Shown: piece by piece, positions 30,994 to 40,830 of the stretch
How positions within the stretch are numbered: position 1 is the first letter of the stretch
Layout of the letters: the number at the start of each line of letters is the position of its first letter
Assembly: GCA_965203905.1 (NCBI GenBank)
Contig: CBDBDQ010000005.1
Coordinates: forward strand, 4,576,001-4,640,000
Direction of reading: 5' to 3'
Source of the DNA: Spirochaetia bacterium
GTDB taxonomy: Bacteria; Spirochaetota; Spirochaetia; SZUA-6; Bin103
DNA: 64,000 bases
Program-made: the position numbers and the translations under genes
The notes under the pieces: generated by a model
Seen by the model: the letters and a program-made list of their open reading frames with translations, nothing else
Told to the model about the DNA's origin: nothing
Databases searched by the model: none

Positions 30994-32420
30994 GGCAGGC
31001 CTCCCTGCGCGATCACGTCGCGGTACCAGAGGGCGCTGCGTTTCGGGGTGCGCCGCTGGGTGTCGAAGTCGACCCGCACCAGGCCGAACCGCTTGCCATA
31101 GCCGTGGGTCCACTCGAAGTTGTCCAGCAGCGACCAGGCGAAGTAGCCGCCGACCGGCGCTCCGGCGGCCAGTGCCTCGTGCACCGCTTCCAGGTGGACG
31201 CGCAAGTAGCGCTCCCGGTCGCCGTCGTCGACCCACCCGTCGGCGGCGGGGGCGTCCTCGTATGCGGCGCCGTTCTCGGTCACGTAGAGCGCCGCCGGCG
31301 CATACTCCCGGTGCAGGCGCAGCAGCAGCTCGCCGAGACCGGCCGGGTACACCTCCCAGCCCATGGCGGTGAATTCCTCGCGCTGTCCGGCGCCGACGTT
31401 GGTCACCCGAAAGCCCAGCTCACGCTGCCGCGGCCCACTCCCGGCCGCAGGCCCGCCGGGCGTCTTACCCGCCGCTTCCGTCGCCGCGCCTCCCGCGGCT
31501 CCCGCGGCGGCCGCACCGGCCGCTACCACCCAGCGGAAGTAGTAGTTGACGCCGAGGAAGTCCAGCGGTGCCGCGATCACCTCGGCGTCGCCCTCCGCGA
31601 CCTCCGGGAGCAACTCCAGCTCGCGGTAGGCATCCAGCAGATCCTCGGGGTAAGCGCCGCGCAGCAGCGGATCGAGATACCAGCGGTTGAGGTAGCCGTC
31701 GGCGCGGTCGGCGGCGTCGGCGTCCGCCGCGCTGTCGCCGGCGGGGTGGACCGGCGCCAGATTCAGGGCGATGCCCACCCGTGCCCGCGGCACCAGGTCG
31801 CGCAGCACCTCGACCGCCAGCCCGTGCGCCAGCAGCAGGTGGTGGGCCGCCTGCAGGGCGCCGGCGAGGCCGCGCGTGCCGGGAGCGTGGACGCCGTGCT
31901 CGTGGCCCAGATGAGCGGCGACCTGCGGCTCGTTGAGGGTAATCCACCGCGTGATGCGATCGCCCAGGCGGCGCGCCGCCTGCTCGGTAAAGTCCGCGAA
32001 GTAGCGCGCGGTATCGCGCGCCGGCCAGCCGCCGCGGCGCTGCAGGCCCTGCGGCAGGTCCCAGTGGTACAGGGTCGGGAGCGGGGTGATGCCATGCTCC
32101 AGCAGCGCGTCGGTCAGGGAGTCGTAGAAGTCGAGCCCGGGGCGGTTCACCGCTCCGTGACCGCGTGGGTAGATGCGCGGCCAGGCGATCGAGAAGCGGT
32201 AGGCGCCTAAGCCGAGGCGCGCCATCAGCGCCACGTCCTCGCGGTAGCGGTGGTAGTGGTCGCAGGCGACCGCGGGAGTGGCGCCGGCGGCCACCCGACC
32301 GGGACGGCGCGCGAAGCGGTCCCAGATCGAGTCGCCGCGTCCGTCTTCGCCGCCGCCGCCTTCGATCTGGCAGGCGGAGGTGGCGGCACCCCACAGGAAG
32401 TCGTCCGGAAACGGCGTCAC
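30990..32420 (-). CDS. GH1 beta-glucosidase
   Basis: YRFSIAWPRI, TLYHWDLP, TLNEP (acid/base), VTENG (nucleophile), WSLLDNFEW. Confidence 0.95.
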   Translation of the reverse strand: MTPFPDDFLWGAATSACQIEGGGGEDGRGDSIWDRFARRPGRVAAGATPAVACDHYHRYREDVALMARLGLGAYRFSIAWPRIYPRGHGAVNRPGLDFYDSLTDALLEHGITPLPTLYHWDLPQGLQRRGGWPARDTARYFADFTEQAARRLGDRITRWITLNEPQVAAHLGHEHGVHAPGTRGLAGALQAAHHLLLAHGLAVEVLRDLVPRARVGIALNLAPVHPAGDSAADADAADRADGYLNRWYLDPLLRGAYPEDLLDAYRELELLPEVAEGDAEVIAAPLDFLGVNYYFRWVVAAGAAAAGAAGGAATEAAGKTPGGPAAGSGPRQRELGFRVTNVGAGQREEFTAMGWEVYPAGLGELLLRLHREYAPAALYVTENGAAYEDAPAADGWVDDGDRERYLRVHLEAVHEALAAGAPVGGYFAWSLLDNFEWTHGYGKRFGLVRVDFDTQRRTPKRSALWYRDVIAQGGLP

Positions 32421-32440
32421 GGCCGTGGCCCCGGCGTCCG

Positions 32441-33406
32441 CTACTGCTCGCTGGGGACGATCAGGATGCGGCCGTCCTCTTCCACCAGCTTCACGCGGCC
32501 GCCGATGCGGTAGGCGTCGCGCATGTCGTCGGGGATCTGCAGGCGCCCGGCGGAATCCAGCAGGGTGAAGTGTTCGTGGCTGGCGTCGTCCGTGCCCGCC
32601 GCCGCGTCTTCATCCTCACCGTCGCTCGCCGCGTCGGCGCCGGCGGCTGCTGCCGATCCCGCGCGCAGCGCTGCAACCGCTTCCGCGGTGCCCTGCTCGG
32701 TGTAGGTCACCGCGACCCGCCGCACCGACTCGGTGCTGGTCTTGCCATCGCGTATCTGCACGTAGCGGTCGAGGGCGCGCGCCATCGAGGTGTCGTGGGT
32801 CACGATCACCACCGTGACCCCCAGTTCGTTGCGCACCGTGTCGAACACCTCCAGGAGGCGAATCGTGTTCTCGGTGTCGAGCGAGCCGGTGGGCTCGTCG
32901 GCCAGCAGCACGGTGGGCTCGTTGGCCAGGCCGATGGCGATGGCGACCCGCTGCTGCTCGCCGCCGGACATGGTCACCGGGCGGTGGTGCAGCCGATGGC
33001 CGAGGCCTACCAGCTCCAGCAGCCGCACCGCGCGCCGGTGGTCGAAGCGTCCCGCCAGGATCATCGGCAGCTGCACGTTCTCCACCGCGGTGAGGTAGGG
33101 GATCAGGTTGCGGCTCACATTCTGCCACACGAAGCCGACGCTGCGGCGCCGGTAGCGCAGCCGCTGGCGCTCGGAGATGCGGATCAGGTCGATGCCGTCC
33201 ACCACCGCCTTGCCCGCCGACGGTACGTCCAGCCCGCCGAGCACGTTCATGAGGGTGGTCTTGCCGCTGCCGCTGGGCCCGATGATGCCCATCACCTCGC
33301 CGCGCCGGATGGTGAGATCCAGGCCCTGCAGCGCCACCACCTCCACGTCCTCGATCTTGTAGATCTTGACCAGGCCCTCGCAGCGGATGAACTCGTCCGT
33401 CGCCAC
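32441..33406 (-). CDS. LolD/MacB-type ABC ATPase with C-terminal AbrB/MraZ-like extension
   Basis: GPSGSGKT, MSGGEQQR, LLADEPTG; tail LDSAGRLQIP...VKL.EEDGRILIVP. Confidence 0.92.
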   Translation of the reverse strand: MATDEFIRCEGLVKIYKIEDVEVVALQGLDLTIRRGEVMGIIGPSGSGKTTLMNVLGGLDVPSAGKAVVDGIDLIRISERQRLRYRRRSVGFVWQNVSRNLIPYLTAVENVQLPMILAGRFDHRRAVRLLELVGLGHRLHHRPVTMSGGEQQRVAIAIGLANEPTVLLADEPTGSLDTENTIRLLEVFDTVRNELGVTVVIVTHDTSMARALDRYVQIRDGKTSTESVRRVAVTYTEQGTAEAVAALRAGSAAAAGADAASDGEDEDAAAGTDDASHEHFTLLDSAGRLQIPDDMRDAYRIGGRVKLVEEDGRILIVPSEQ

Positions 33407-33412
33407 GGGCTG

Positions 33413-36400
33413 CTAACTCTCCTCTCCCAGGCGCAGGGCGCTGGCCAGCCGGGCGCGCACCAGGAACAGCGCCAGCGCGACCACCGCGAACAGGAACGCG
33501 GCACCGACGATCACCACCATCCGGGTCAGATCGGTCAGGTCGGTCACGATCAGGAAGGGCGGCACCGGCTGCACCTCGCTGGTGCGGTCGCGCAGAAACG
33601 GCAGGAACAGCGTGGTGGCGACGTTGCCGGCGGCGATGCCGATCACCAGGCCAATCCCTACCGTCAGGATCTGCTCCAGGGCCACCACGCCGACGGTCTG
33701 AACCAGGGACAGGCCGTTGGCGCGCAGCGCGCCGAACTGTATCAGCCGCTGGCGGGTGGTGTAGATGGTGTACACCACGAACGCCAGCACCGCCACCAAC
33801 GCCGCCGCCAGGAAGCCGATGGTAAGGATGCCGAAGAAGCCGCGCCGGTAGGGCTCGCGGTGCAGCTCGCGCAGGATCTGCTCGGTGTCCAGCACCTGCC
33901 ACGGCCACACCCCGACCGACGGCAGCCGCTCCAGGATCCGGGGGATGAACTCAGGCGCCGAGACCGTGTACCAGGAGTCGTAGGGCTCCAACGCGATGAA
34001 GTCCTGCACGTGGTCGAGATTGAGGATCACGAACGACCGCGACTCCGGGTTGAGCGACGGCCAGTAGGGCACGGTGCCCACGACGTACGCCTCGATCGGC
34101 TGGTTGTTGTAGTTGATGGTGATGCGGTCGCCCGGCTCCAGCTTGCCGCGGCGCTTCAACTCCGAGCTGACCAGGGCACCTTCGCGATGCTTTCCGAGCT
34201 GAACCAGGTAATCGTAGAAGTGGGGATCGAACAGGTCGTTGCGGTACCACGCGACGCGCGCGAACTCGTGCGGCACGATCGCCATCATGGTCACCGAGCC
34301 GGCGTGCAGGGAGGCGTTGCGCGCCTCGGCGCGGCGCATCAGTACCCGCGCCGCGCCGGTCACTCCCTCGATTTCGAGACGCTTGAAGAAGGGCGGCTCG
34401 GTCTCGGCCGGGTTGCGCGGCTGATCCGGACCGGTGGGCAGCGTCGGCCCGCCCCCGGGGCCCGCCGCAAACTGCTCCGGCGGCTCCCAGGCCTCCCGCA
34501 CCACCAGGTCGGCTCCGTGCTGATAGCGGATCCGGTCCTCGAAGTTGACCAGCAGGGTACGCGCCGTCGAACCGTTGTAGATGCCCATGGCGACGGTGAG
34601 GAGCAGCAGCACCAGCAGCGACACGTACTGGCCGCCGCTGCGGCTGAGGCGCCGGAAGGTGAGCTGCAGCACGATGCCGCGGAAGCGGTTGCTGAGCCAG
34701 CCGAGGCCGGCCATCGCCAGCGGGTAGAGGCGCAGGAACAGCAACCCGCCGCCGATGAAGAACGCCACCGGCACCAGGAACAGGATCGGATCGGCTACCA
34801 CCGTAGCGTCGCCGGTGAGCCGTACCTGCTGCCAGCGCAGCGCGCTGTAACCGTAGAAGGCGAGGCCGAGCAGGATCACGTCGAGGAAGTAGCGGTGCCA
34901 GAATGAGCGCCGCATCCCGCGTGCCTGCACCTGGCGCAGGGTCACGATGGAGAAGCGCGAGCTGGCGATCACCGGGGCGATCGCCGCCGCCACCGCGACC
35001 ACCGTAGCCAGCAGCGCAAAGCGCTGCGACTGCTCGGTGACCACCAGCGGGAGCTGCTCGGCCTGGCTCTCGGCTTCCGCGGTGAACTCCAGAAAGCCCT
35101 GCGCGCTGGCCACCACGCGGCCGATGTGGAGGCCCAGGTGGGGGCCGATCAGCGCGGCGATGGCGGCCAGCAGGATCCACTCCAGGGTGAAGCTTGCCAG
35201 CACCTGCACGCGGCCGGCCCCGCGGCTGTGCAGCACCGAAATCTCTCCCACGCGGCGTTCCACCGCCAGGGCGGCAATCAGCATGACGTAGACCAGGATC
35301 ATGCCGATGGTGGGAGCCGCCAGCGAGAACAGGTACAGAGACACCTCGTCCAGGATGGTCTTGAAGTGCTGGAAGAACTCCAGTGGTGCCAGCCAGTAGG
35401 CGGTGTAGGTGCCCTGGGAGTTGGATGGGACCAGCTCCGCCGCACGTGCCTCGATCGCCTGCAGATCGGAGATCAGGCCGCCTACCTGATCGATTCGCAC
35501 CAGGCGGTCGTCGAACACCCACTGCAGGTCGAAGGTGGAGGTGCGCAGTCCCGCGCTCTGCATGTCGCGGAACGCCTCGGGAAGCATGAACAGCCGCCCC
35601 GGCAGCGGCGGATAGATCCACTCGCGGGTGGTGACCGAGGACTTGTCGGGGGTGCCGTCGCCGTCCTCGTCGATGGTCAGCTCCGGGCGGAACATCCCCA
35701 CCACTTCGATCGGCGTCACGGCGAAGCGCTGCTGCCGGAACTGTTCGACCCGGAGACTGGCAAACTCCTCGTCCGGAAGGAGCTGGTAGGCCCACACGTA
35801 GCGGCCGCCCACCACCAGCTCCAGGTCGTCGAGGGTCTTTTCGTCGGCCACCACCTCCACCACGCCGTCGGCGCGTGGCGCATACCAGCGGCCCACGCGT
35901 ATCTCCGAGTAGTCGACCAGGTTGCTCAGGAACGAGAGTTCGGCGCGGGTGGCACGTCCTGCCGGATCGGCGGCCTCGTTCAGGAGCACGAAGTCGCTGC
36001 CGAAGCTGCCGTAGAAGGAGGTGGCGAGGGCCGGGTGACCGATGCGCCCGCGCAGCTCGCCGTCGAGGTAGCGCTGCAGGCGTTCGAGGCGCTCGTAGGT
36101 GACCGGCTCGCGGCGCCGGCTGTTGCGGTGCGCCACGATGACCGCGAAGGGCGGCCGAAAGTCATCATCCGCGTGCCAGTGCTCGATGAAGCTGCGCTGC
36201 AGGCCGCCGGCGGTGTAGATGGGGACGGCGGCGGCGAGGCCGGCAACCAGCACCAGCCCGGCCAGCAGGGCTCCCAGCAGGCGCCAGTTGCGCGCCATCC
36301 GCTGCAGCGTGATCCACAGGACGGTGAGCGGATACAGGACTATGGCGGCCGGGGCCAGCCCGCGTTCGCGCCGAGACCCGACGCGTCCGTAGCTGAGCAC

Positions 36401-36514
36401 CGGTGTGGCGTCGGCGCCGTCACCCACGGGTTCGGGGCTCGCCGGCTCGGCAGCGCCCGCCGGTGGCGCGGAGCCGGGCGGGCTGATGCCGCCGGTGGCG
36501 GCGCTGCCGCTCAC
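33413..36514 (-). CDS. FtsX-like (type VII) ABC permease, two repeats
   Basis: 1033 aa; ERRVGEISVLHSRGA and QRLIQFGALRANG FtsX motifs, with two large extracytoplasmic domains. Confidence 0.88.
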   Translation of the reverse strand: MSGSAATGGISPPGSAPPAGAAEPASPEPVGDGADATPVLSYGRVGSRRERGLAPAAIVLYPLTVLWITLQRMARNWRLLGALLAGLVLVAGLAAAVPIYTAGGLQRSFIEHWHADDDFRPPFAVIVAHRNSRRREPVTYERLERLQRYLDGELRGRIGHPALATSFYGSFGSDFVLLNEAADPAGRATRAELSFLSNLVDYSEIRVGRWYAPRADGVVEVVADEKTLDDLELVVGGRYVWAYQLLPDEEFASLRVEQFRQQRFAVTPIEVVGMFRPELTIDEDGDGTPDKSSVTTREWIYPPLPGRLFMLPEAFRDMQSAGLRTSTFDLQWVFDDRLVRIDQVGGLISDLQAIEARAAELVPSNSQGTYTAYWLAPLEFFQHFKTILDEVSLYLFSLAAPTIGMILVYVMLIAALAVERRVGEISVLHSRGAGRVQVLASFTLEWILLAAIAALIGPHLGLHIGRVVASAQGFLEFTAEAESQAEQLPLVVTEQSQRFALLATVVAVAAAIAPVIASSRFSIVTLRQVQARGMRRSFWHRYFLDVILLGLAFYGYSALRWQQVRLTGDATVVADPILFLVPVAFFIGGGLLFLRLYPLAMAGLGWLSNRFRGIVLQLTFRRLSRSGGQYVSLLVLLLLTVAMGIYNGSTARTLLVNFEDRIRYQHGADLVVREAWEPPEQFAAGPGGGPTLPTGPDQPRNPAETEPPFFKRLEIEGVTGAARVLMRRAEARNASLHAGSVTMMAIVPHEFARVAWYRNDLFDPHFYDYLVQLGKHREGALVSSELKRRGKLEPGDRITINYNNQPIEAYVVGTVPYWPSLNPESRSFVILNLDHVQDFIALEPYDSWYTVSAPEFIPRILERLPSVGVWPWQVLDTEQILRELHREPYRRGFFGILTIGFLAAALVAVLAFVVYTIYTTRQRLIQFGALRANGLSLVQTVGVVALEQILTVGIGLVIGIAAGNVATTLFLPFLRDRTSEVQPVPPFLIVTDLTDLTRMVVIVGAAFLFAVVALALFLVRARLASALRLGEES

Positions 36515-37566
36515 TTGCCGATCACCAGTTGACCCGCCTCCAGCCCACTCAGAATCTCCACCTGGGTGTCCGTGCGGACCCCCACCTGGACGTCGACTTC
36601 ACGCCGCTGCTCACCTTCGAGCAACCTGACGTAGGTGCGCTCGCGAAACTCGCGCAGCCCGGCGGCCGGGATCACCAGAGTCTGCGGCCGGCTCTCGATC
36701 ACCACGCGGGCGGTGAGACGGGCCTGAGCACGCATCTCGATGTCGGTTTCCTCCAGGGCGAGGTGGACGATGTACTCGTCGCGGCGCAGGGTGGGGTCGG
36801 TGGCCTGGTTGCGGCTGGTGACGGCGGTCACCGCGCCCGGCTCCCAGGAGCCGCGGGTCACCTCCACCAGCGCCGGCTGGCCGGCCACGATGCGCTCGAA
36901 CTCGTCGATATTGACCCGCATCTGCAGTTCCAGCTCGGTCGGGTCGGACACCTCGATGATGGTCTTGTACTCCTGGACCAGTTCCCCCACCTTGCCGCGC
37001 ACGGTTTTCACATAGCCGGTATAGGGGGCCCGGATCACGTAGGCGCCGACGCGGTCGCGCAGATAGTCGGTGCGGATTTCCTGCTTGGAGAGCTCCAGTT
37101 GGTTGACGACGCGCTCGGTGCGGGTGACGTTGCCGGCGCTCAGGGCCTCGTGGCGCAGGCGGGCAATCTCGAGGTCGATCTCGGCCAGGCGCAGTTCCTG
37201 CTCCAGGTCGGAACTCTCCAGTCGTGCCAGCACCTGGCCTTCGCCCACCTCGTCGCGCACGCCCACGTTGAGCTCCGTGAGACGCCCCGGCTCCCGAAAG
37301 TACAGTTCCACCTCGCGGGTGGGGGTGACCACCGCGGTGCCGCGCACCTCGACCGCGAGGTCGATGCGCTCCACCTCGTAGGTGACCGCGCGCGAGCGCA
37401 GCGGGATCGACGGCAGTTCGCGCAAGCCCTCCTGTTCATCCTCGGGAAGGGCACTGCAGGAGGCAAGCAGGGCGGCCAACAGCAGCAACGCGACCGCGCG
37501 TAGCGCGGCCGCTAGCCGCCACGCGCCGGTCGCGCGCCCGCCGCGGCTGCACCGAAACCGCGTCAC
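36511..37566 (-). CDS. Periplasmic adaptor (membrane fusion) lipoprotein
   Basis: Lipobox LLASC, barrel-sandwich halves V..G.VLA.L and IRAPYTG.V, C-terminal EILSGL.AG..V. Confidence 0.88.
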   Translation of the reverse strand: MTRFRCSRGGRATGAWRLAAALRAVALLLLAALLASCSALPEDEQEGLRELPSIPLRSRAVTYEVERIDLAVEVRGTAVVTPTREVELYFREPGRLTELNVGVRDEVGEGQVLARLESSDLEQELRLAEIDLEIARLRHEALSAGNVTRTERVVNQLELSKQEIRTDYLRDRVGAYVIRAPYTGYVKTVRGKVGELVQEYKTIIEVSDPTELELQMRVNIDEFERIVAGQPALVEVTRGSWEPGAVTAVTSRNQATDPTLRRDEYIVHLALEETDIEMRAQARLTARVVIESRPQTLVIPAAGLREFRERTYVRLLEGEQRREVDVQVGVRTDTQVEILSGLEAGQLVIGK

Positions 37567-38252
37567 GCCGCACTCCGTTCGGTGCTGAGCATGCCGTCGC
37601 GCATGCCGTACACCTCGTCGGCGAAGTCGGCGGCGGTGGGGTCGTGGCTGGTCACGCAGACCGCGATGTTGCGCTCCCGCGCCATGGTGCGCAGCAGCGC
37701 CAGCACGCCCTGTCCGGTTGCCTGATCCAGCTCTCCGGTAGGCTCGTCCGCCAGCAGCAGTTCCGGCTCCTTGACCAGTGCGCGGGCGATGGCCACGCGC
37801 TGCTGCTCGCCGCCGCTGAGCTCGTAGATGCGGTGATGGGCGCGCGGCGCGAGTCCCACCAGGTCGAGATAGTGCAGCGCGCGCTCACCGGCGACGCGTG
37901 GGTTGGCCCCGGCGATACGCAACGGCACGTCGACGTTCTCCGCCGCCGTGAGTCCGGGAATCAGCGCAAACGCCTGGAAGATGAACGCCGCCTTGGTGCG
38001 GCGCCAGCGGGTCATCTCGCGTTCCGAGAAGTGGTGCAGGTCGCGCTCCAGGTAGAACACGACGCCGGAGGTGGGCCGGTCCAGCCCGCCGATCAGGTTG
38101 AGCAGGGTGGTCTTGCCCGAGCCCGACTTGCCGCGGATCAGGGCGAAGTGGCCGGGGGTCAACTCCATGTTGACCGCGCGCACGGCCTGCACCCGTTCCT
38201 GGCCGAGCACGAACTCGCGCGAGACGTTGGAGGTACGAATCAGAGGTGGCAT
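37563..38252 (-). CDS. LolD/MacB-type ABC ATPase
   Basis: GKSGSGKT, LSGGEQQR, LLADEPTG, SHD. Confidence 0.93.
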   Translation of the reverse strand: MPPLIRTSNVSREFVLGQERVQAVRAVNMELTPGHFALIRGKSGSGKTTLLNLIGGLDRPTSGVVFYLERDLHHFSEREMTRWRRTKAAFIFQAFALIPGLTAAENVDVPLRIAGANPRVAGERALHYLDLVGLAPRAHHRIYELSGGEQQRVAIARALVKEPELLLADEPTGELDQATGQGVLALLRTMARERNIAVCVTSHDPTAADFADEVYGMRDGMLSTERSAA

Positions 38253-38262
38253 ACGAGTCGGA

Positions 38263-38721
38263 TCAGGATCGCGACGCCGAGGGGCGCCGTCGCAGCACAA
38301 TAGCAGCAACCACGGCGGCACCGCCAGCGACCAGCGGCACCAGGGTGTATGCGTCGATGCCGAAGGTGGGCACACCCACGGGTATGATCGCCACCAGCAC
38401 GCGGGTGAAGCCGATCCACATCAGCTGCAGCCCGAACACCAGGGCGAAGCGCGCCCCGAGCTGGCCATAGTCGCGGCTGCGCTCGTAGCCCGCCTGAATC
38501 ACGATGATCAGCACGATGACCGCCAGGCCCATGAAGAACATGCCCACCATGTCGCCGGTGCGCAGCAGCGCCGACACCCGGAACGCGCTCATGTCACGAT
38601 CCGTGGCCAGGAAGTAGAAGAACGCGAACAGCGTCTTGTACAGGTCGCGCGTGGCGACGAAAACCAGCAGGAACAGGCCGAAGTTGAACAGGGTGAGAAC
38701 GTATCCCAGGACACGGCGCAT
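38263..38721 (-). CDS. Four-helix membrane protein of unknown function
   Basis: Four hydrophobic segments; GGGAG RBS; first gene of the exporter run. Confidence 0.7.
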   Translation of the reverse strand: MRRVLGYVLTLFNFGLFLLVFVATRDLYKTLFAFFYFLATDRDMSAFRVSALLRTGDMVGMFFMGLAVIVLIIVIQAGYERSRDYGQLGARFALVFGLQLMWIGFTRVLVAIIPVGVPTFGIDAYTLVPLVAGGAAVVAAIVLRRRPSASRS

Positions 38722-38866
38722 GCTCTCCCATTAATGTATGATCCGCGCCCCGGAATACAACCCCGAGGTCCCGGGTAGACGAATTCGGGCGCGATCGAAT
38801 GAGCCTGAGCGGCGCCGGGGCCGGCTCGAACTTGCTCGCCACACCGATTTCAGGTACACAGCGACC

Positions 38867-39655
38867 ATGACGCAGCGAGAGTCGTTTCTGTTCGACCTGT
38901 GGGGATACGTCGTGATCGAGGGGGTGCTGGGGGCCGACGAGCTGCAGCGTGCCAACGCCGCCGTCGACCACTACGCGGAGCTGATACAAAACCGTGAGCC
39001 GGGTCTCGCCGGGGGCTCCACCGTGTTGGCCCGGGAGGCGGGACGCGGCGAGTTTGTTGAGAATCCACTCACCTTCGAGCGTCCCTGGTGCGAGCCGTTT
39101 CGTGCCATGCTTGCCCATCCGCGCAGCATCGACATCTTCAATGAGATTCTTGGCCCCGGGTATCGTCTCGACCACGGCCCCGGCTTCATCCGCATGACCC
39201 GGGGTACCGAGGGCCACCAGTTGCACGGCAGCATGACCTTCGATGCCAGCCAGTATCACCATTTCATCGACGGGCGCGTGCAGTGCGGCCTGTGCGTCGC
39301 CGCCTGGCAACTCACCGAGGTGCGCGCCGGCGACGGCGGCTTTGCCTGCATCCCCGGCAGCCACAAGGCGAACTACCGCCCGCCGTACGAAGTGCTCCGT
39401 CTGGAGGAGAATTGGGGCTGCGTGCACCAGGTGGTGGCCCCGGCTGGGTCGCTGGTGATCTTCAACGAGGCCCTGGTCCACGGCACACTGCCGTGGCAGC
39501 CGGCGGACCGGGAACGACGCTCGGTCCTGTTCAAGTACTCCCCCGGCTTCATCGCCTGGGGCTCGCCGCAGGAGATACCGATTGCCGATCCCACACCGGA
39601 GGAGACGGCGCTCTACGACTTCCCGCGGCGCACCGACCGCACCGAGCTGGGTTAA
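38867..39655 (+). CDS. PhyH-family Fe/2OG enzyme with atypical HxS motif
   Basis: FDLWGYVVIEGVL, GGFACIPGSHK, EALVHGT, RRS; first motif reads LHGS. Confidence 0.85.
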   Translation: MTQRESFLFDLWGYVVIEGVLGADELQRANAAVDHYAELIQNREPGLAGGSTVLAREAGRGEFVENPLTFERPWCEPFRAMLAHPRSIDIFNEILGPGYRLDHGPGFIRMTRGTEGHQLHGSMTFDASQYHHFIDGRVQCGLCVAAWQLTEVRAGDGGFACIPGSHKANYRPPYEVLRLEENWGCVHQVVAPAGSLVIFNEALVHGTLPWQPADRERRSVLFKYSPGFIAWGSPQEIPIADPTPEETALYDFPRRTDRTELG

Positions 39656-40236
39656 ACCGGTCCCAGCAGCTCTTCGGTACTGACGACGAGATCCGGGAAT
39701 GCGTCCGGCGAGAGGGATTCTCCTCTTGCTGACGCCAGCGACTCGCCGTACCCGGAAGGGGTCGGACCGCGCAGCACCAGGACGCGCTCGCCGTTGACAT
39801 CCACGATCCACAGCTCGCGCACGCCGCGCCGGGCATAGACTGCGGCCTTCTCGTCCCGGTCGAAGCGCAACGAGGTGTCAGCCACTTCGACGACCAGCAG
39901 CGCCTCATACTGGGATGGATGCCCGGCGGCGTAGAAGTCGTCCCGCGGCGTCAGCAGTTGCAGGTCCGGCTGCGGCTCGGTGATCGGCGCCAGCCGCAAC
40001 GGGCCCTGCACCCTGACAATGGCACGGTCGGCTACACGCGTCACGAACAGTCGGTTGAGGCGGTCGACCACCGCCTGGTGCCTGCTGCCGATGGGCGACA
40101 TCTGAATGACCTCTCCTTCGATCAGTTCGACGCGGTCATCCTCGCCGATGATGCCGGCGCGAGCCATGGCGTAATAGTCGTCGACCGTGAACAGTTTCTT
40201 CTTCACTGCCGTCAACATCCGTCGCTCCGTACTCAC
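39652..40236 (-). CDS. Uma2 family endonuclease
   Basis: FTVDDYY.M...RVELIEGE...MSP, EPQPD, LVVEVADTS, K...YA..G..E.W.VD. Confidence 0.92.
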   Translation of the reverse strand: MSTERRMLTAVKKKLFTVDDYYAMARAGIIGEDDRVELIEGEVIQMSPIGSRHQAVVDRLNRLFVTRVADRAIVRVQGPLRLAPITEPQPDLQLLTPRDDFYAAGHPSQYEALLVVEVADTSLRFDRDEKAAVYARRGVRELWIVDVNGERVLVLRGPTPSGYGESLASARGESLSPDAFPDLVVSTEELLGPV

Positions 40237-40252
40237 ACGCTATATCGGCAGG

Positions 40253-40301
40253 CGGTATCGCGTCCAATGCTACCGACACACACGCCTCAGGAGTAGGGAT
40301 C
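40253..40301. repeat. 49-bp direct repeat, copy A
   Basis: 45 of 49 bases match 47501-47549; the first 27 (CGGTATCGCGTCCAATGCTACCGACAC) are identical. Confidence 0.9.
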
Positions 40302-40398
40302 GGATCGAATCCAGGAAGCTTGTGCTCCGGGTCCGCGCTCACGCCCTGTCTTAGTTAGGGCGCTTGCGCGCCCGCGGGCGGCGAATTGACCTGAAGCG

Positions 40399-40830
40399 AT
40401 GCGGATCGCCAATCCGATGTACGACGCCGCCTTCAAGTACCTGATGGACGACCAGGCAGCGGCGCGGCTGCTGGTCGGGGCGGTGCTGGGCGAGGAAGTG
40501 GTGCTGCCGCAGGAGCACGCGGCGCGGTCGTCGCCAGCGGCACCGGCCGCTGCGGGCGATCTACATCCTGGGGGAGTGCCTGCCGCGCACGGCGACGACG
40601 GTGCTGCGGGTGGCGCGGGAGTACGTGGGCGGGGTGAGCGGGGAGCGGCTGAGCGAGCGGGAAGAGTTCGTGGAGGCGTTGAGCCACGATTGCTCGGTGG
40701 TGCAGGTGCCGCTGCTGGCGTCGCGGCGGAGGACGGACCTGGAGCGGCTGCTGAGTGTGTTCGACCAGGAGTTGCGGGTGCCGGGTGACCGGCACGTGCT
40801 GGAGGTGGACGAGCGGGAGATACCGGAGGA
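40399..40830 (+). pseudogene. Rpn/PD-(D/E)XK-transposase-like protein remnant
   Basis: MRIANPMYDAAFKYLM start, an internal deletion with frame change near 40505, then IYILG...EEFVEALSHD...LERLLSVFDQ, truncated near 40830. Confidence 0.7.

Noticed and set aside
32165-34906. 913-aa plus-strand ORF (also 46206-48665 and 48662-51334)
   Set aside because: Antisense shadows of well-supported minus-strand genes in high-GC DNA, with no recognisable motifs.
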